Shown: positions 26,268-34,447 of the stretch, piece after piece | Position numbering within the stretch: the first letter of the stretch is position 1 | Layout of the letters: each line of letters opens with the position of its first letter | Origin: Anaerolineales bacterium | GTDB lineage: Bacteria; Chloroflexota; Anaerolineae; Anaerolineales; E44-bin32 | Length of the DNA stretch: 64,000 nt | NCBI GenBank assembly: GCA_037382465.1 | Contig: JARRPX010000002.1 | Location: 6,714-70,713, forward strand | Reading direction: 5' to 3' | Notes under the pieces: generated by a model | What the model was told of the DNA's origin: nothing | What the model saw: the letters and a program-made list of their open reading frames with translations, nothing else | The model's database searches: none | Position numbers and translations under genes: made by a program

Positions 26268-28631
26268 GTGTTTGTGGAAGCATATTGTGTGAAGTGTAAG
26301 CAGAAAAGAGAAATAACGCAGGCAGAACCGACCTTCACGGCAACGGGAACACCGGCGACCAAAGGCGTCTGCGCCGTGTGCGGCACCGGGCTTTACCGCA
26401 TGGGAAAAACGCCTGCGCATGCCGGTCTCACCCCGCCAGAAGGTGCGGTGAAAACGAGGCGAAAAAAGAAGAAAGACAAAAAACGCAGCGGAAAGCTGGT
26501 GATCGTCGAATCGCCCGCAAAGGCGCGTACGATCAGCCGTTTTCTCGGCAAGGACTACAAGGTCATGGCATCGATCGGCCACGTGCGGGATTTGCTGCGT
26601 TCGCAGTTGTCTGTCGATGTGGAGCATGATTTCAAACCGAAATATCGTGTGCCCAACGAGAAACGCGAGGTGGTCAAGGAACTTAAATCGGCTGCTGCGG
26701 GCTCGAAAGAGGTGTACCTGGCAACGGATCACGATCGCGAGGGCGAAGCAATTGCGTGGCATTTGTTGGAAGCAGCCGACATCGACCGTGACAACGCCAA
26801 GCGTGTCGTTTTCAACGAAATAACGGAACCCGCGATCAAAGAAGCATTCGAGCAGCCGCGGGACATCGCGATGGACCTGGTCGACGCACAGCAAGCACGC
26901 CGAATTCTCGATCGCCTGGTCGGATACAATCTCAGCCCACTGTTGTGGGAAAAAGTCCGGGGACGATTATCTGCGGGCCGCGTGCAGTCCGTTGCGCTGC
27001 GTCTGATCGTCGAGCGGGAGCGCGAGATCGAGAAATTCGTGCCCCAGGAATATTGGACGATCGATGCGGAATTCCTGAACGAAGACAAGCCTCCTGCCTT
27101 CATGGCCAGACTCGTGAAACACAACGGGGAAAAACCGGAAATTGGGTCCAATGAGGAAGTGCAGTCGATCATCTCCGATCTGCGCCAGGCTACCCATCAG
27201 ATTGGAAACGTCCGAAGGGGGCAGCGCACACGTCGGCCGTCGGCGCCCTTCACCACCTCCACGATGCAGCAGACCGCTTCGCAACGGTTCGGCTACACCG
27301 CACGCCGGACGATGGTCATCGCACAGCAATTGTACGAAGGCGTAGAATTCGGTGATGGTGAGCGGGTGGGCTTGATCACCTACATGCGTACAGATTCCAC
27401 ACAGGTTTCCAAACAAGCGCAGTTGGAGGCGAGAAAATTGATCGCCGACCAATATGGCAATGAGTTTTTACCCGAAAAACCGCCCGTCTACCGTACTCGC
27501 GGCCGGCTGGCGCAGGAAGCCCACGAGGCCATTCGCCCGACTTCCGTAATGCGTACGCCGAAATCACTCAAGCCGTACCTGACGGCGGATCAATACAAGT
27601 TGTACAACTTGATCTGGCAGAGATTTGTAGCTTCGCAGATGAAACCCGCAAAGTACGATACGTTGACGATCGAAGTTGTGGGGCGTTCACCGAACAATGA
27701 ATATGTATTTCGCGTAACCGCATCGAGTCTGCGTTTCGCCGGCTTCCTGGCCGTATATTCGTCGGGAAAGAACGGGGATGAACATTCGGAGAAGGATGAA
27801 GCAGCGGATGAAGAGCTGGTCGCCCAGCTTGCTCAATTACCGAATTTACAAAAGGGCGACCCGGTCAAGCTTCTGGAAGTCCTGCCTGAGCAGCATTTCA
27901 CGCAGCCACCGCCGCGCTTTTCGGATGCCACACTGGTCCGTGCGCTGGAAGAAGAAGGCATTGGCAGACCGTCCACGTATGCGCCAATTATCTCCACCCT
28001 ACGCCAACGCGGGTACATCGTACGCGAAAGTCGTCGGTTGATGCCCACCGAAATCGGTGAAATCGTCAACGATTTGATCGTCGCATATTTTCCCAACATC
28101 GTCGACCCAGGTTTTACGGCTCGTATGGAAGAGCAGCTGGATGAAATTGCGGGAGGAAAGCGCGATTGGGTCGGCGTAGTGCGAGATTTCTATGAGCCCT
28201 TTGAGAAGCAGCTCGAGGCCGCTGAAGAAGCGATGCCGGAAATCAAGACAGAGCCGGAAGAAATCGGGCGGAATTGCCCGGAATGCGGCAGTCCGCTCGT
28301 CCTGCGGCACGGCCGCTATGGAAAATTCATCGGATGCTCCAATTTTCCCGAATGTCGGCATACCGAGCCGTGGCTGGAAAAGATAGGGGTGACGTGTCCG
28401 CAATGCGGTGGCGATCTCGTCGCCCGGCGGACGCGTAAGGGCCGTCCGTTCTACGGATGTGCCAATTATCCGGAATGCGACTTTACGTCCTGGAAACGGC
28501 CGATCGCTCCGCCGTGTCCCAATTGTGGCGGTTTGCTGGTGATCGAAAATCGACATCGGGCACGCTGCACGGAATGTGAAGAACAATTCGACCTATCCGA
28601 GTTACAGCGCGAAGAGGGCGAATCGGTATGA
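26268..28631 (+). CDS. topA: DNA topoisomerase I with an extra N-terminal zinc-ribbon extension
   Basis: 787 aa. Toprim starts at aa ~76 (KLVIVESPAKARTISRFLG) and three C-terminal CxxC..CxxC TopA zinc ribbons are present. aa 1-75 form an added CVKC...CAVC ribbon plus a K-rich linker. The start may instead be GTG 26274 (MEAYCVKC), 5-6 nt after AGGAGAG. Confidence 0.92.
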   Translation: MFVEAYCVKCKQKREITQAEPTFTATGTPATKGVCAVCGTGLYRMGKTPAHAGLTPPEGAVKTRRKKKKDKKRSGKLVIVESPAKARTISRFLGKDYKVMASIGHVRDLLRSQLSVDVEHDFKPKYRVPNEKREVVKELKSAAAGSKEVYLATDHDREGEAIAWHLLEAADIDRDNAKRVVFNEITEPAIKEAFEQPRDIAMDLVDAQQARRILDRLVGYNLSPLLWEKVRGRLSAGRVQSVALRLIVEREREIEKFVPQEYWTIDAEFLNEDKPPAFMARLVKHNGEKPEIGSNEEVQSIISDLRQATHQIGNVRRGQRTRRPSAPFTTSTMQQTASQRFGYTARRTMVIAQQLYEGVEFGDGERVGLITYMRTDSTQVSKQAQLEARKLIADQYGNEFLPEKPPVYRTRGRLAQEAHEAIRPTSVMRTPKSLKPYLTADQYKLYNLIWQRFVASQMKPAKYDTLTIEVVGRSPNNEYVFRVTASSLRFAGFLAVYSSGKNGDEHSEKDEAADEELVAQLAQLPNLQKGDPVKLLEVLPEQHFTQPPPRFSDATLVRALEEEGIGRPSTYAPIISTLRQRGYIVRESRRLMPTEIGEIVNDLIVAYFPNIVDPGFTARMEEQLDEIAGGKRDWVGVVRDFYEPFEKQLEAAEEAMPEIKTEPEEIGRNCPECGSPLVLRHGRYGKFIGCSNFPECRHTEPWLEKIGVTCPQCGGDLVARRTRKGRPFYGCANYPECDFTSWKRPIAPPCPNCGGLLVIENRHRARCTECEEQFDLSELQREEGESV

Positions 28632-28648
28632 ATCCTGCAACCAGGTAA

Positions 28649-28677
28649 TTGCCCCAATTGTAGGATGGGGCTAGAAT
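28649..28677 (+). promoter_or_regulatory. sigma70-type promoter (TTGCCC-N17-TAGAAT) for the 28736 gene
   Basis: Exact 17-nt spacer. Lies in the 104-nt gap after topA, ~58 nt upstream of the ATG. Confidence 0.4.
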
Positions 28678-28735
28678 GCCGAGCAATACTTACTTTCTAT
28701 GGGACTCCTGATCCCGAGTACAAAGTAGAGGCGCT

Positions 28736-29749
28736 ATGAACGAGATGTCGGGCAAGATAAATCGAAACGTCGTGGTCGTTGTGCTCGCGTTGATTGTGGG
28801 AATCGCGCTGGGCGTGCTCTATGCATGGATCATCAGCCCCGTCGAGTGGGTTGACGGAGCGGTATACCAACTGCGCCGGGATCTGCGCGTTGATTATCTG
28901 AGGATGACGATCGATTCCTATGCACTGAACGAAGATACGGAACTCGCTGTTGAACGCTATAACGAGCTGGGAGCGGATAAAGCGGACATCTTGTCCGAAG
29001 TTGCGAACGATCCTGGCACGGTTACCAGCGGCAACATACAGCGTTTCAACGAACTCGTCGAGACTCCTCCGGAAATGGAAGAAACCGGCGAAACCGAGCA
29101 GACGCCCGCGGCGGCAGAGGGGGAATCGAGTTCGTCTCTCTCGCGGCTGCTTTTGCCCGTTTGTGGGGCGACTTTGCTGCTGGGTTTGCTGCTCGTGGCT
29201 GCACTCGTGCTGCGGCGCAGGATGGACACAGGCGCGCATGACGAACAGTACGCCTACGAAAATGATTATGAACCTGCTGCAGAAGCCGGCGAGACAGATA
29301 TTCCCATGTCCATCGACCAACCTTTGGCGACTTTTCGTACGACATATTCTGTGGGTGACGATCTGTACGACGATTCGTTCAGCATCGAAAGCGCCGCGGG
29401 AGATTTTTTGGGCGAATGCGGCGTGGGAATAGGTGACGTGATTGGTGTGGGTGAACCAAAGAAAGTATCTGCATTCGAAATCTGGCTCTTCGATAAAAAC
29501 GACATCCAAACGGTAACGAAAGTCTTGATGAGCCGGTACACCTTCGAAGATGTTGAAACCCGGGCTAACCTTGCGGCGAAAGGCGATCCTTTCGAAGCAA
29601 GGAGCGGCGAGGTCATCAGTCTCCAGACGGCGTCGCTGACCGTCGAAGCCCGCATAGTGGATATGAATTACGGAGATTCCGCATTGCCGGCAGAGAGTTA
29701 CTTCGATCGGCTTACCGTAGAGTTGAAGGCTTTTCCGACTGCCATCTGA
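28736..29749 (+). CDS. hypothetical two-TM membrane protein
   Basis: 337 aa. TM1 VVVVVLALIVGIALGVLYAWII, a ~100-aa loop domain, an acidic linker (PPEMEETGETEQTPAAAEGESSSS), TM2 LLLPVCGATLLLGLLLVAALVL, then a ~180-aa C-terminal domain (..FEIWLFDKNDIQTVTKVLMS..). I recognise no family. Confidence 0.7.
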   Translation: MNEMSGKINRNVVVVVLALIVGIALGVLYAWIISPVEWVDGAVYQLRRDLRVDYLRMTIDSYALNEDTELAVERYNELGADKADILSEVANDPGTVTSGNIQRFNELVETPPEMEETGETEQTPAAAEGESSSSLSRLLLPVCGATLLLGLLLVAALVLRRRMDTGAHDEQYAYENDYEPAAEAGETDIPMSIDQPLATFRTTYSVGDDLYDDSFSIESAAGDFLGECGVGIGDVIGVGEPKKVSAFEIWLFDKNDIQTVTKVLMSRYTFEDVETRANLAAKGDPFEARSGEVISLQTASLTVEARIVDMNYGDSALPAESYFDRLTVELKAFPTAI

Positions 29750-29792
29750 ACTTCCCTATTAAATCAAATCCTGACGAAATTAACTGCGAACG

Positions 29793-29820
29793 AAAAAAGA
29801 GCGAGGATGCCTCGCTCTTT
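29793..29820 (-). terminator. intrinsic terminator for greA (hairpin shared with the convergent 28736 gene)
   Basis: 11-bp stem AAAGAGCGAGG / CCTCGCTCTTT with a 3-nt loop. On the minus strand it is followed by T6. Confidence 0.65.
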
Positions 29821-29837
29821 CGCTTTCGCAGCCGTGA

Positions 29838-30308
29838 TCATTGAATGGACAGGATTTTCAGCTTGATCTTACCGCCGGGTGTTTCTGCCGTCGCAGTGTC
29901 GCCAACGCTTTTCCCGATCAGTGCTTCGCCGATCGGTGAAACATAGGAGATCATATGCTGCCGAGGATTTGTTTCTTTCACCCCAACGATCCGGTAAGTT
30001 TCGGGCTCCCTGCCGTCTTCGACGACGCGGACCGTGCTGCCGATTTCAACCGTATCCTTGGAAGTATTTTGCTCGATGATGATCGCATCATGCAGGATGA
30101 TTTCGAGTTCCTGGATGCGGCCTTCAAGAAACGCTTGCTCTTCCTTTGCCGCAATGTAATCCGCGTTTTCGGAAAGATCACCTTGCTGGATCGCAAACCG
30201 CAGTCTTTTCGCGAGATCCTTTCTTTTCGGACCGCGTAATTCATCGAGTTCCGCTCGTAACTTCGCCGCGCCGTTCGGTGTGAGGTAGTATTCTTGGTGC
30301 GATTCCAT
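29838..30308 (-). CDS. greA: transcription elongation factor GreA
   Basis: ORF 29838..30320 trimmed to ATG 30308 (MESHQEYYLTPNGAAKLRAELDELRG...DLSENADYIAAKEEQ). Typical GreA coiled-coil plus C-terminal domain. Confidence 0.9.
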   Translation of the reverse strand: MESHQEYYLTPNGAAKLRAELDELRGPKRKDLAKRLRFAIQQGDLSENADYIAAKEEQAFLEGRIQELEIILHDAIIIEQNTSKDTVEIGSTVRVVEDGREPETYRIVGVKETNPRQHMISYVSPIGEALIGKSVGDTATAETPGGKIKLKILSIQ

Positions 30309-30406
30309 CTTGATAGGCAACCTCTTTCAACTGTTTTCGGTTATGAACTAGCATTGTACCAAGAGAAGAGTCTAAGGAGTTTGGGGAGGACTGTCAATGT
30401 AAATCT

Positions 30407-30435
30407 TTGACTCTTTCCCTGGAATGCATCATAAT
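30407..30435 (+). promoter_or_regulatory. sigma70-type promoter (TTGACT-N17-CATAAT) for the SCP2-GMC-AOR-nnr block
   Basis: TTGACT at 30407-30412, exact 17-nt spacer, CATAAT at 30430-30435. It overlaps the ORF-track start at 30407, which argues for the downstream ATG 30464. Confidence 0.5.
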
Positions 30436-30463
30436 CGCCGAAACCCGCGTGAAAGGGACGAAA

Positions 30464-30895
30464 ATGGCCTATCCGTTCCCCAGTGAAGAATGGCTTGTCG
30501 CCTTGATGGATGTCCTTAATTCGGATTCGCGTTATGCGGAGGTGGCGAAGAATTGGGAGGGTGATATGGTCGTCGTCATCGAACCCAATCCGAAAGAAGA
30601 GGATCCGAGACTGCCGATCACGCTCTATCTCGATCTGTGGCATGGAAAATGCCGGAAAGTGCGTGTGATCGATCCGGCCCAAGAGGAAATGCCGGGCGCG
30701 GCGTTTGTGTTGAGATCCAGGATTAAAGACATCATGCGTATCTTCCAGGGCGATTTGGATCCGATGCAGGCCATGTTGACCCGCAGATTGCAGGTTAAGG
30801 GAAATCTTGGCTACATGCTGCGTAATGTGCCCACCGTGTTGGATTTTGTCCGTTGCTGCCGGGAAGTCGAGATCGCTGCGGAAGATGAATCATAA
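30464..30895 (+). CDS. SCP2 (sterol-carrier-protein-2-like) lipid-binding domain protein
   Basis: 143 aa. MAYPFPSEEWLVALMDVLNSD... and the C-terminal IFQGDLDPMQAMLTRRLQVKGNLGYMLR typical of SCP2 domains. Confidence 0.8.
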   Translation: MAYPFPSEEWLVALMDVLNSDSRYAEVAKNWEGDMVVVIEPNPKEEDPRLPITLYLDLWHGKCRKVRVIDPAQEEMPGAAFVLRSRIKDIMRIFQGDLDPMQAMLTRRLQVKGNLGYMLRNVPTVLDFVRCCREVEIAAEDES

Positions 30896-30937
30896 GCAAT
30901 CGTTGTACCGAACAGACAAGCAAGACGGGAGGCGGAC

Positions 30938-32569
30938 ATGGATGTGGCCGGGCGAGGCATGGCAGAAGAAACGATTTACGATTTTGTCATCGTGGGATCC
31001 GGCTTCGGCGGCAGCGTTTCCGCGCTGCGGCTGGCCGAAAAAGGGTATCGCGTCCTTGTGCTCGAACGCGGCAGGCGCTATGCGGATCACGAACTCCCAA
31101 AGACGAATTGGGACATTCGACGATATCTTTGGATGCCGGCGTTACGCTGTTTCGGAATTCTCCAGCTCAACCTGTCGAGCGGCTACTTCTTGTATCATTC
31201 CAGCGGCGTTGGGGGAGGTAGTCTGGTCTACGCCGCGGTGTTGATGGAGCCAGATGAAACCTTTTTCGAAGCATCTTCGTGGCGGCATTTGGGAAATTGG
31301 GGAGATATCTTGAAGCCGCACTACTCGACGGCAAGACGCATGTTGGGTGTGGAAAGAAATCCTGAATTCTGGCCGGCAGACGAAGCACTGCAGGATATCG
31401 CCGGGGAATTCGGTCGAGCGGACAGTTTCCGGCCGACGGAAGTCGGTATCTATTTCGGACAGCCGGGAGAGGAATGCCCAGATCCATATTTCGATGGTGA
31501 AGGGCCGTCGCGCGTAGGCTGCATTCACTGCGGAGCATGCATCGTGGGATGCCGTTACGATTCGAAAAACACCCTGCAGAAGAATTATCTTTACTTCGCG
31601 GAACGCCTCGGCGTCGAAATCCGGCCGGAATCGAAAGTCGATTGTATCGAGCCGTTGGTGGAAGAAGATCAGCATGATGCGAGGTATATTGTCAAATACC
31701 GATCTTCTACGCGATTTCTCGGCGGGAAGACGAAGGGCGTCTACGCAAGAAATGTGGTGGTGTCTGCAGGGACCTTGGGAACGGTCGAACTGCTGCTCCG
31801 CTGTCGCGATGTGTCCAAGACGCTTCCCGATTTGTCCTCCCAATTAGGATGCGCAGTACGTACCAACAGCGAAACGTTCTTCGGGGCATTCCGCCTTTCA
31901 AAAGATGTGGATCATTCGAAGGGTATTTCGATCAGCTCGATCTTCAAAGCGGACGAGGAGACCCAGATCGAGCCGGTGCGGCTGGAAGAACGATCTTCGA
32001 TGTTGTTCCGTGTGCTGGCTTCTCCGATCATCGAACCCAGCAAGTCCGCGGCCGTGCGTATCTGGCGCAACATCGTCGAGGCCCTGCGGCATCCGATCGA
32101 GTTTCTCAACGTGCGTCTGCTGCCAGGCCTGACAAAACGCGGCATCGCCATCATGGTCATGCAGACGAAAGACAACTTACTGCGTTTACGACTGGGGCGG
32201 AACCCCTTCGCTATGTTTCGGCGTGGACTCGTCGGTGAACAAGACGAGGAACGAACGGTGCCGGTGAAGATCGACCTGGGGGAAAGGGTCGCGCGCTCCT
32301 TAGCGGAAAAAATCGGCGGAGCACCGAGCGGCGCCATCACCCAGGGTTTGATCAACGTGCCGATGACGGCGCACATGCTGGGTGGCTGTGTTTTCGGTCA
32401 GAATGAAGATGAAGGAGTTATCGACGTGGATTGTGAGGCGTTCAATTACCCGGGGCTGTACATCGTCGACGGGTCGATCGTCCCCGCCAATCCGGGGGTA
32501 AATCCAAGCCTCACCATCACGGCGCTCGCTGAGTATGCGATGAGCAGGATCGAGCCCAAAGCAAGCTGA
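30938..32569 (+). CDS. GMC-family FAD-dependent oxidoreductase (cholesterol-oxidase-like)
   Basis: 543 aa. Dinucleotide fold YDFVIVGSGFGGSVSALRLAEKGYRVLVLERG and C-terminal GLYIVDGSIVPANPGVNPSLTITALAE. GGGAGG lies 5 nt upstream of ATG 30938. An alternative start is at 30959. Confidence 0.85.
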   Translation: MDVAGRGMAEETIYDFVIVGSGFGGSVSALRLAEKGYRVLVLERGRRYADHELPKTNWDIRRYLWMPALRCFGILQLNLSSGYFLYHSSGVGGGSLVYAAVLMEPDETFFEASSWRHLGNWGDILKPHYSTARRMLGVERNPEFWPADEALQDIAGEFGRADSFRPTEVGIYFGQPGEECPDPYFDGEGPSRVGCIHCGACIVGCRYDSKNTLQKNYLYFAERLGVEIRPESKVDCIEPLVEEDQHDARYIVKYRSSTRFLGGKTKGVYARNVVVSAGTLGTVELLLRCRDVSKTLPDLSSQLGCAVRTNSETFFGAFRLSKDVDHSKGISISSIFKADEETQIEPVRLEERSSMLFRVLASPIIEPSKSAAVRIWRNIVEALRHPIEFLNVRLLPGLTKRGIAIMVMQTKDNLLRLRLGRNPFAMFRRGLVGEQDEERTVPVKIDLGERVARSLAEKIGGAPSGAITQGLINVPMTAHMLGGCVFGQNEDEGVIDVDCEAFNYPGLYIVDGSIVPANPGVNPSLTITALAEYAMSRIEPKAS

Positions 32570-32606
32570 AAGCACACACGAGCCTGAAGGGGATCGGGTT
32601 TACAGC

Positions 32607-34445
32607 ATGCCTGAATTTGGTTTTCGTATATTTCACATCGATATCAGTACAGGTGTTTCACATCAGTTGGAAGTTGGTGTGCAGATCTTGCGGGAGACCT
32701 TGGGGGGCGCGAGTCTGGCTGCCCGATTGCTCTATCCATATCTGAGCAAGGAGATCGATCCGCTTTCGCCGGATGCGCCGTTGTTGTTTCTCGGCGGGCC
32801 GTTGACCGGAACGAAGGGCACGGCAGTCGGGCGGTTTGTCGTCTGCGCGAAATCCCCTGCGACGGGAATTTGGGGCGAATCGAACGTTGGCGGTTATTTC
32901 GGCCCGGAAATGCGCATGGCGGGCGTGGACGGAATCTGGATCACGGGCCGGGCGCCGCAGCCGGTGTACCTGTGGGTACACGATGGGAACATAGAGATCT
33001 GCGACGCCGGTGGATTATGGGGAAAATGTGACCCGTATGAAACACAGACTTTGATCCGCGAAGCGCACGATGATTCATTAATTCGTGTAGCCAGTATTGG
33101 GCTGGCGGGAGAGAAACAGCTCCGATTTGCTTCGATTCTGTGCGATCATGGCAGAATGGCCGGAAGAACCGGTATGGGCGCGGTGATGGGCTCCAAACGA
33201 TTGAAGGCAATCGCGGCTCGCGGAAAGAGAGATCTGTTGATTGCGTATCCGGATCGCTTTGCGAAAATACGCACGGAATCGAACCGCAGTTTGCGATCGG
33301 ACAACGTGGCGGAAGCGCTGCGGCAGTTCGGATCGTCGAGTGCAAGCGACTACCTCGATTATTTGGGAGACATGCCCAAGTACTACTTTACGAAAGGGCT
33401 GTTCGATGGCGCGGAACGCGTCAGCGGGGAGGCCATGGCGGAGAGCATCCTTTCCGGTGTGAGCACGTGCCACGGATGTGTCATTGCTTGCGGAAGGGTC
33501 GTGCGGCTCGCGGATGGGCAAGATCGCAAAGGTCCGGAATACGAAACCAGCGTTGGTTTTGGTCCGAACCTGGGGATCGACGATCTATCCGCAATAACGC
33601 GACTCGGTGAACTTTGCGACCGATACGGCATGGATACGATTTCGGTTTCGAATACCATCGGACTTGCATTCTTACTGTATGAACAAGGCATCATCAGCGA
33701 AGCGGATACCGATGGCGAAGCGTTGAAATGGGGAGAGCCGGCCGTCGCCGAACGATTGATCCACCGCATCGCAAAGCAGGAGGGTTTCGGACAGCTTCTT
33801 TCGCTTGGGGCCGAAGAGATGGCCAAACATTTCGACGCGAGCGATATGGCCGTACACGTAAAGGGACTCGAAATGCCGTATCACGATCCGCGTGCACTGT
33901 CCGGGATGGGCGTGGTTTACGCAACGTCTCCCCGAGGCGCCTGCCACAACCAGAGCGATTACTTCATGGTAGAAATCGGTCAAACGATAGAGGAAGTTGG
34001 CGTGGAATTCTTTGCACGACAGGCGGGTGAGGAAAAGGCCGCCAACGTTGCCCGGCATCAAGATTGGTGCACGGTTTTAAACTCCCTGGTCATGTGTATT
34101 TTTGCAAACGTGCCGCCGCATTCAGTTCTCGAAATGATTAACGCCGTGACGGGTTTTGATTACAATTTAGATGAATTGATGCAGGTTGGAGAGCGTGGCT
34201 GGAATATCAAACGGATGGTGAATATCGGTATGGGAATCACCCCTTCCGACGATTGCCTGCCCAAATCGATTATGAAACCCCTGGAGGAGGGCGGCGCTGC
34301 CGGGTATGTCATACCCATCGACGAGATGCTTGAAGCCTATTACCGGGCACGAGATTGGAATACGGAAACCGGCCTTCCCAGCCGAGAGAAAATGGCGCAG
34401 TTGAAAATCGAAGAAGATAGACTATCGAGAGAGACGAGGGAATAA
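32607..34445 (+). CDS. aldehyde:ferredoxin oxidoreductase family (tungstopterin enzyme)
   Basis: 612 aa. AOR N-domain (LGGASLAARLLY...FLGGPLTGT...KSPATGIWGESNVGGYFGPEMRMAGVDGIWITGRA) and 4Fe-4S ligands CHGCVIAC plus GACHNQSDY. Confidence 0.9.
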   Translation: MPEFGFRIFHIDISTGVSHQLEVGVQILRETLGGASLAARLLYPYLSKEIDPLSPDAPLLFLGGPLTGTKGTAVGRFVVCAKSPATGIWGESNVGGYFGPEMRMAGVDGIWITGRAPQPVYLWVHDGNIEICDAGGLWGKCDPYETQTLIREAHDDSLIRVASIGLAGEKQLRFASILCDHGRMAGRTGMGAVMGSKRLKAIAARGKRDLLIAYPDRFAKIRTESNRSLRSDNVAEALRQFGSSSASDYLDYLGDMPKYYFTKGLFDGAERVSGEAMAESILSGVSTCHGCVIACGRVVRLADGQDRKGPEYETSVGFGPNLGIDDLSAITRLGELCDRYGMDTISVSNTIGLAFLLYEQGIISEADTDGEALKWGEPAVAERLIHRIAKQEGFGQLLSLGAEEMAKHFDASDMAVHVKGLEMPYHDPRALSGMGVVYATSPRGACHNQSDYFMVEIGQTIEEVGVEFFARQAGEEKAANVARHQDWCTVLNSLVMCIFANVPPHSVLEMINAVTGFDYNLDELMQVGERGWNIKRMVNIGMGITPSDDCLPKSIMKPLEEGGAAGYVIPIDEMLEAYYRARDWNTETGLPSREKMAQLKIEEDRLSRETRE

Positions 34446-34447
34446 CT

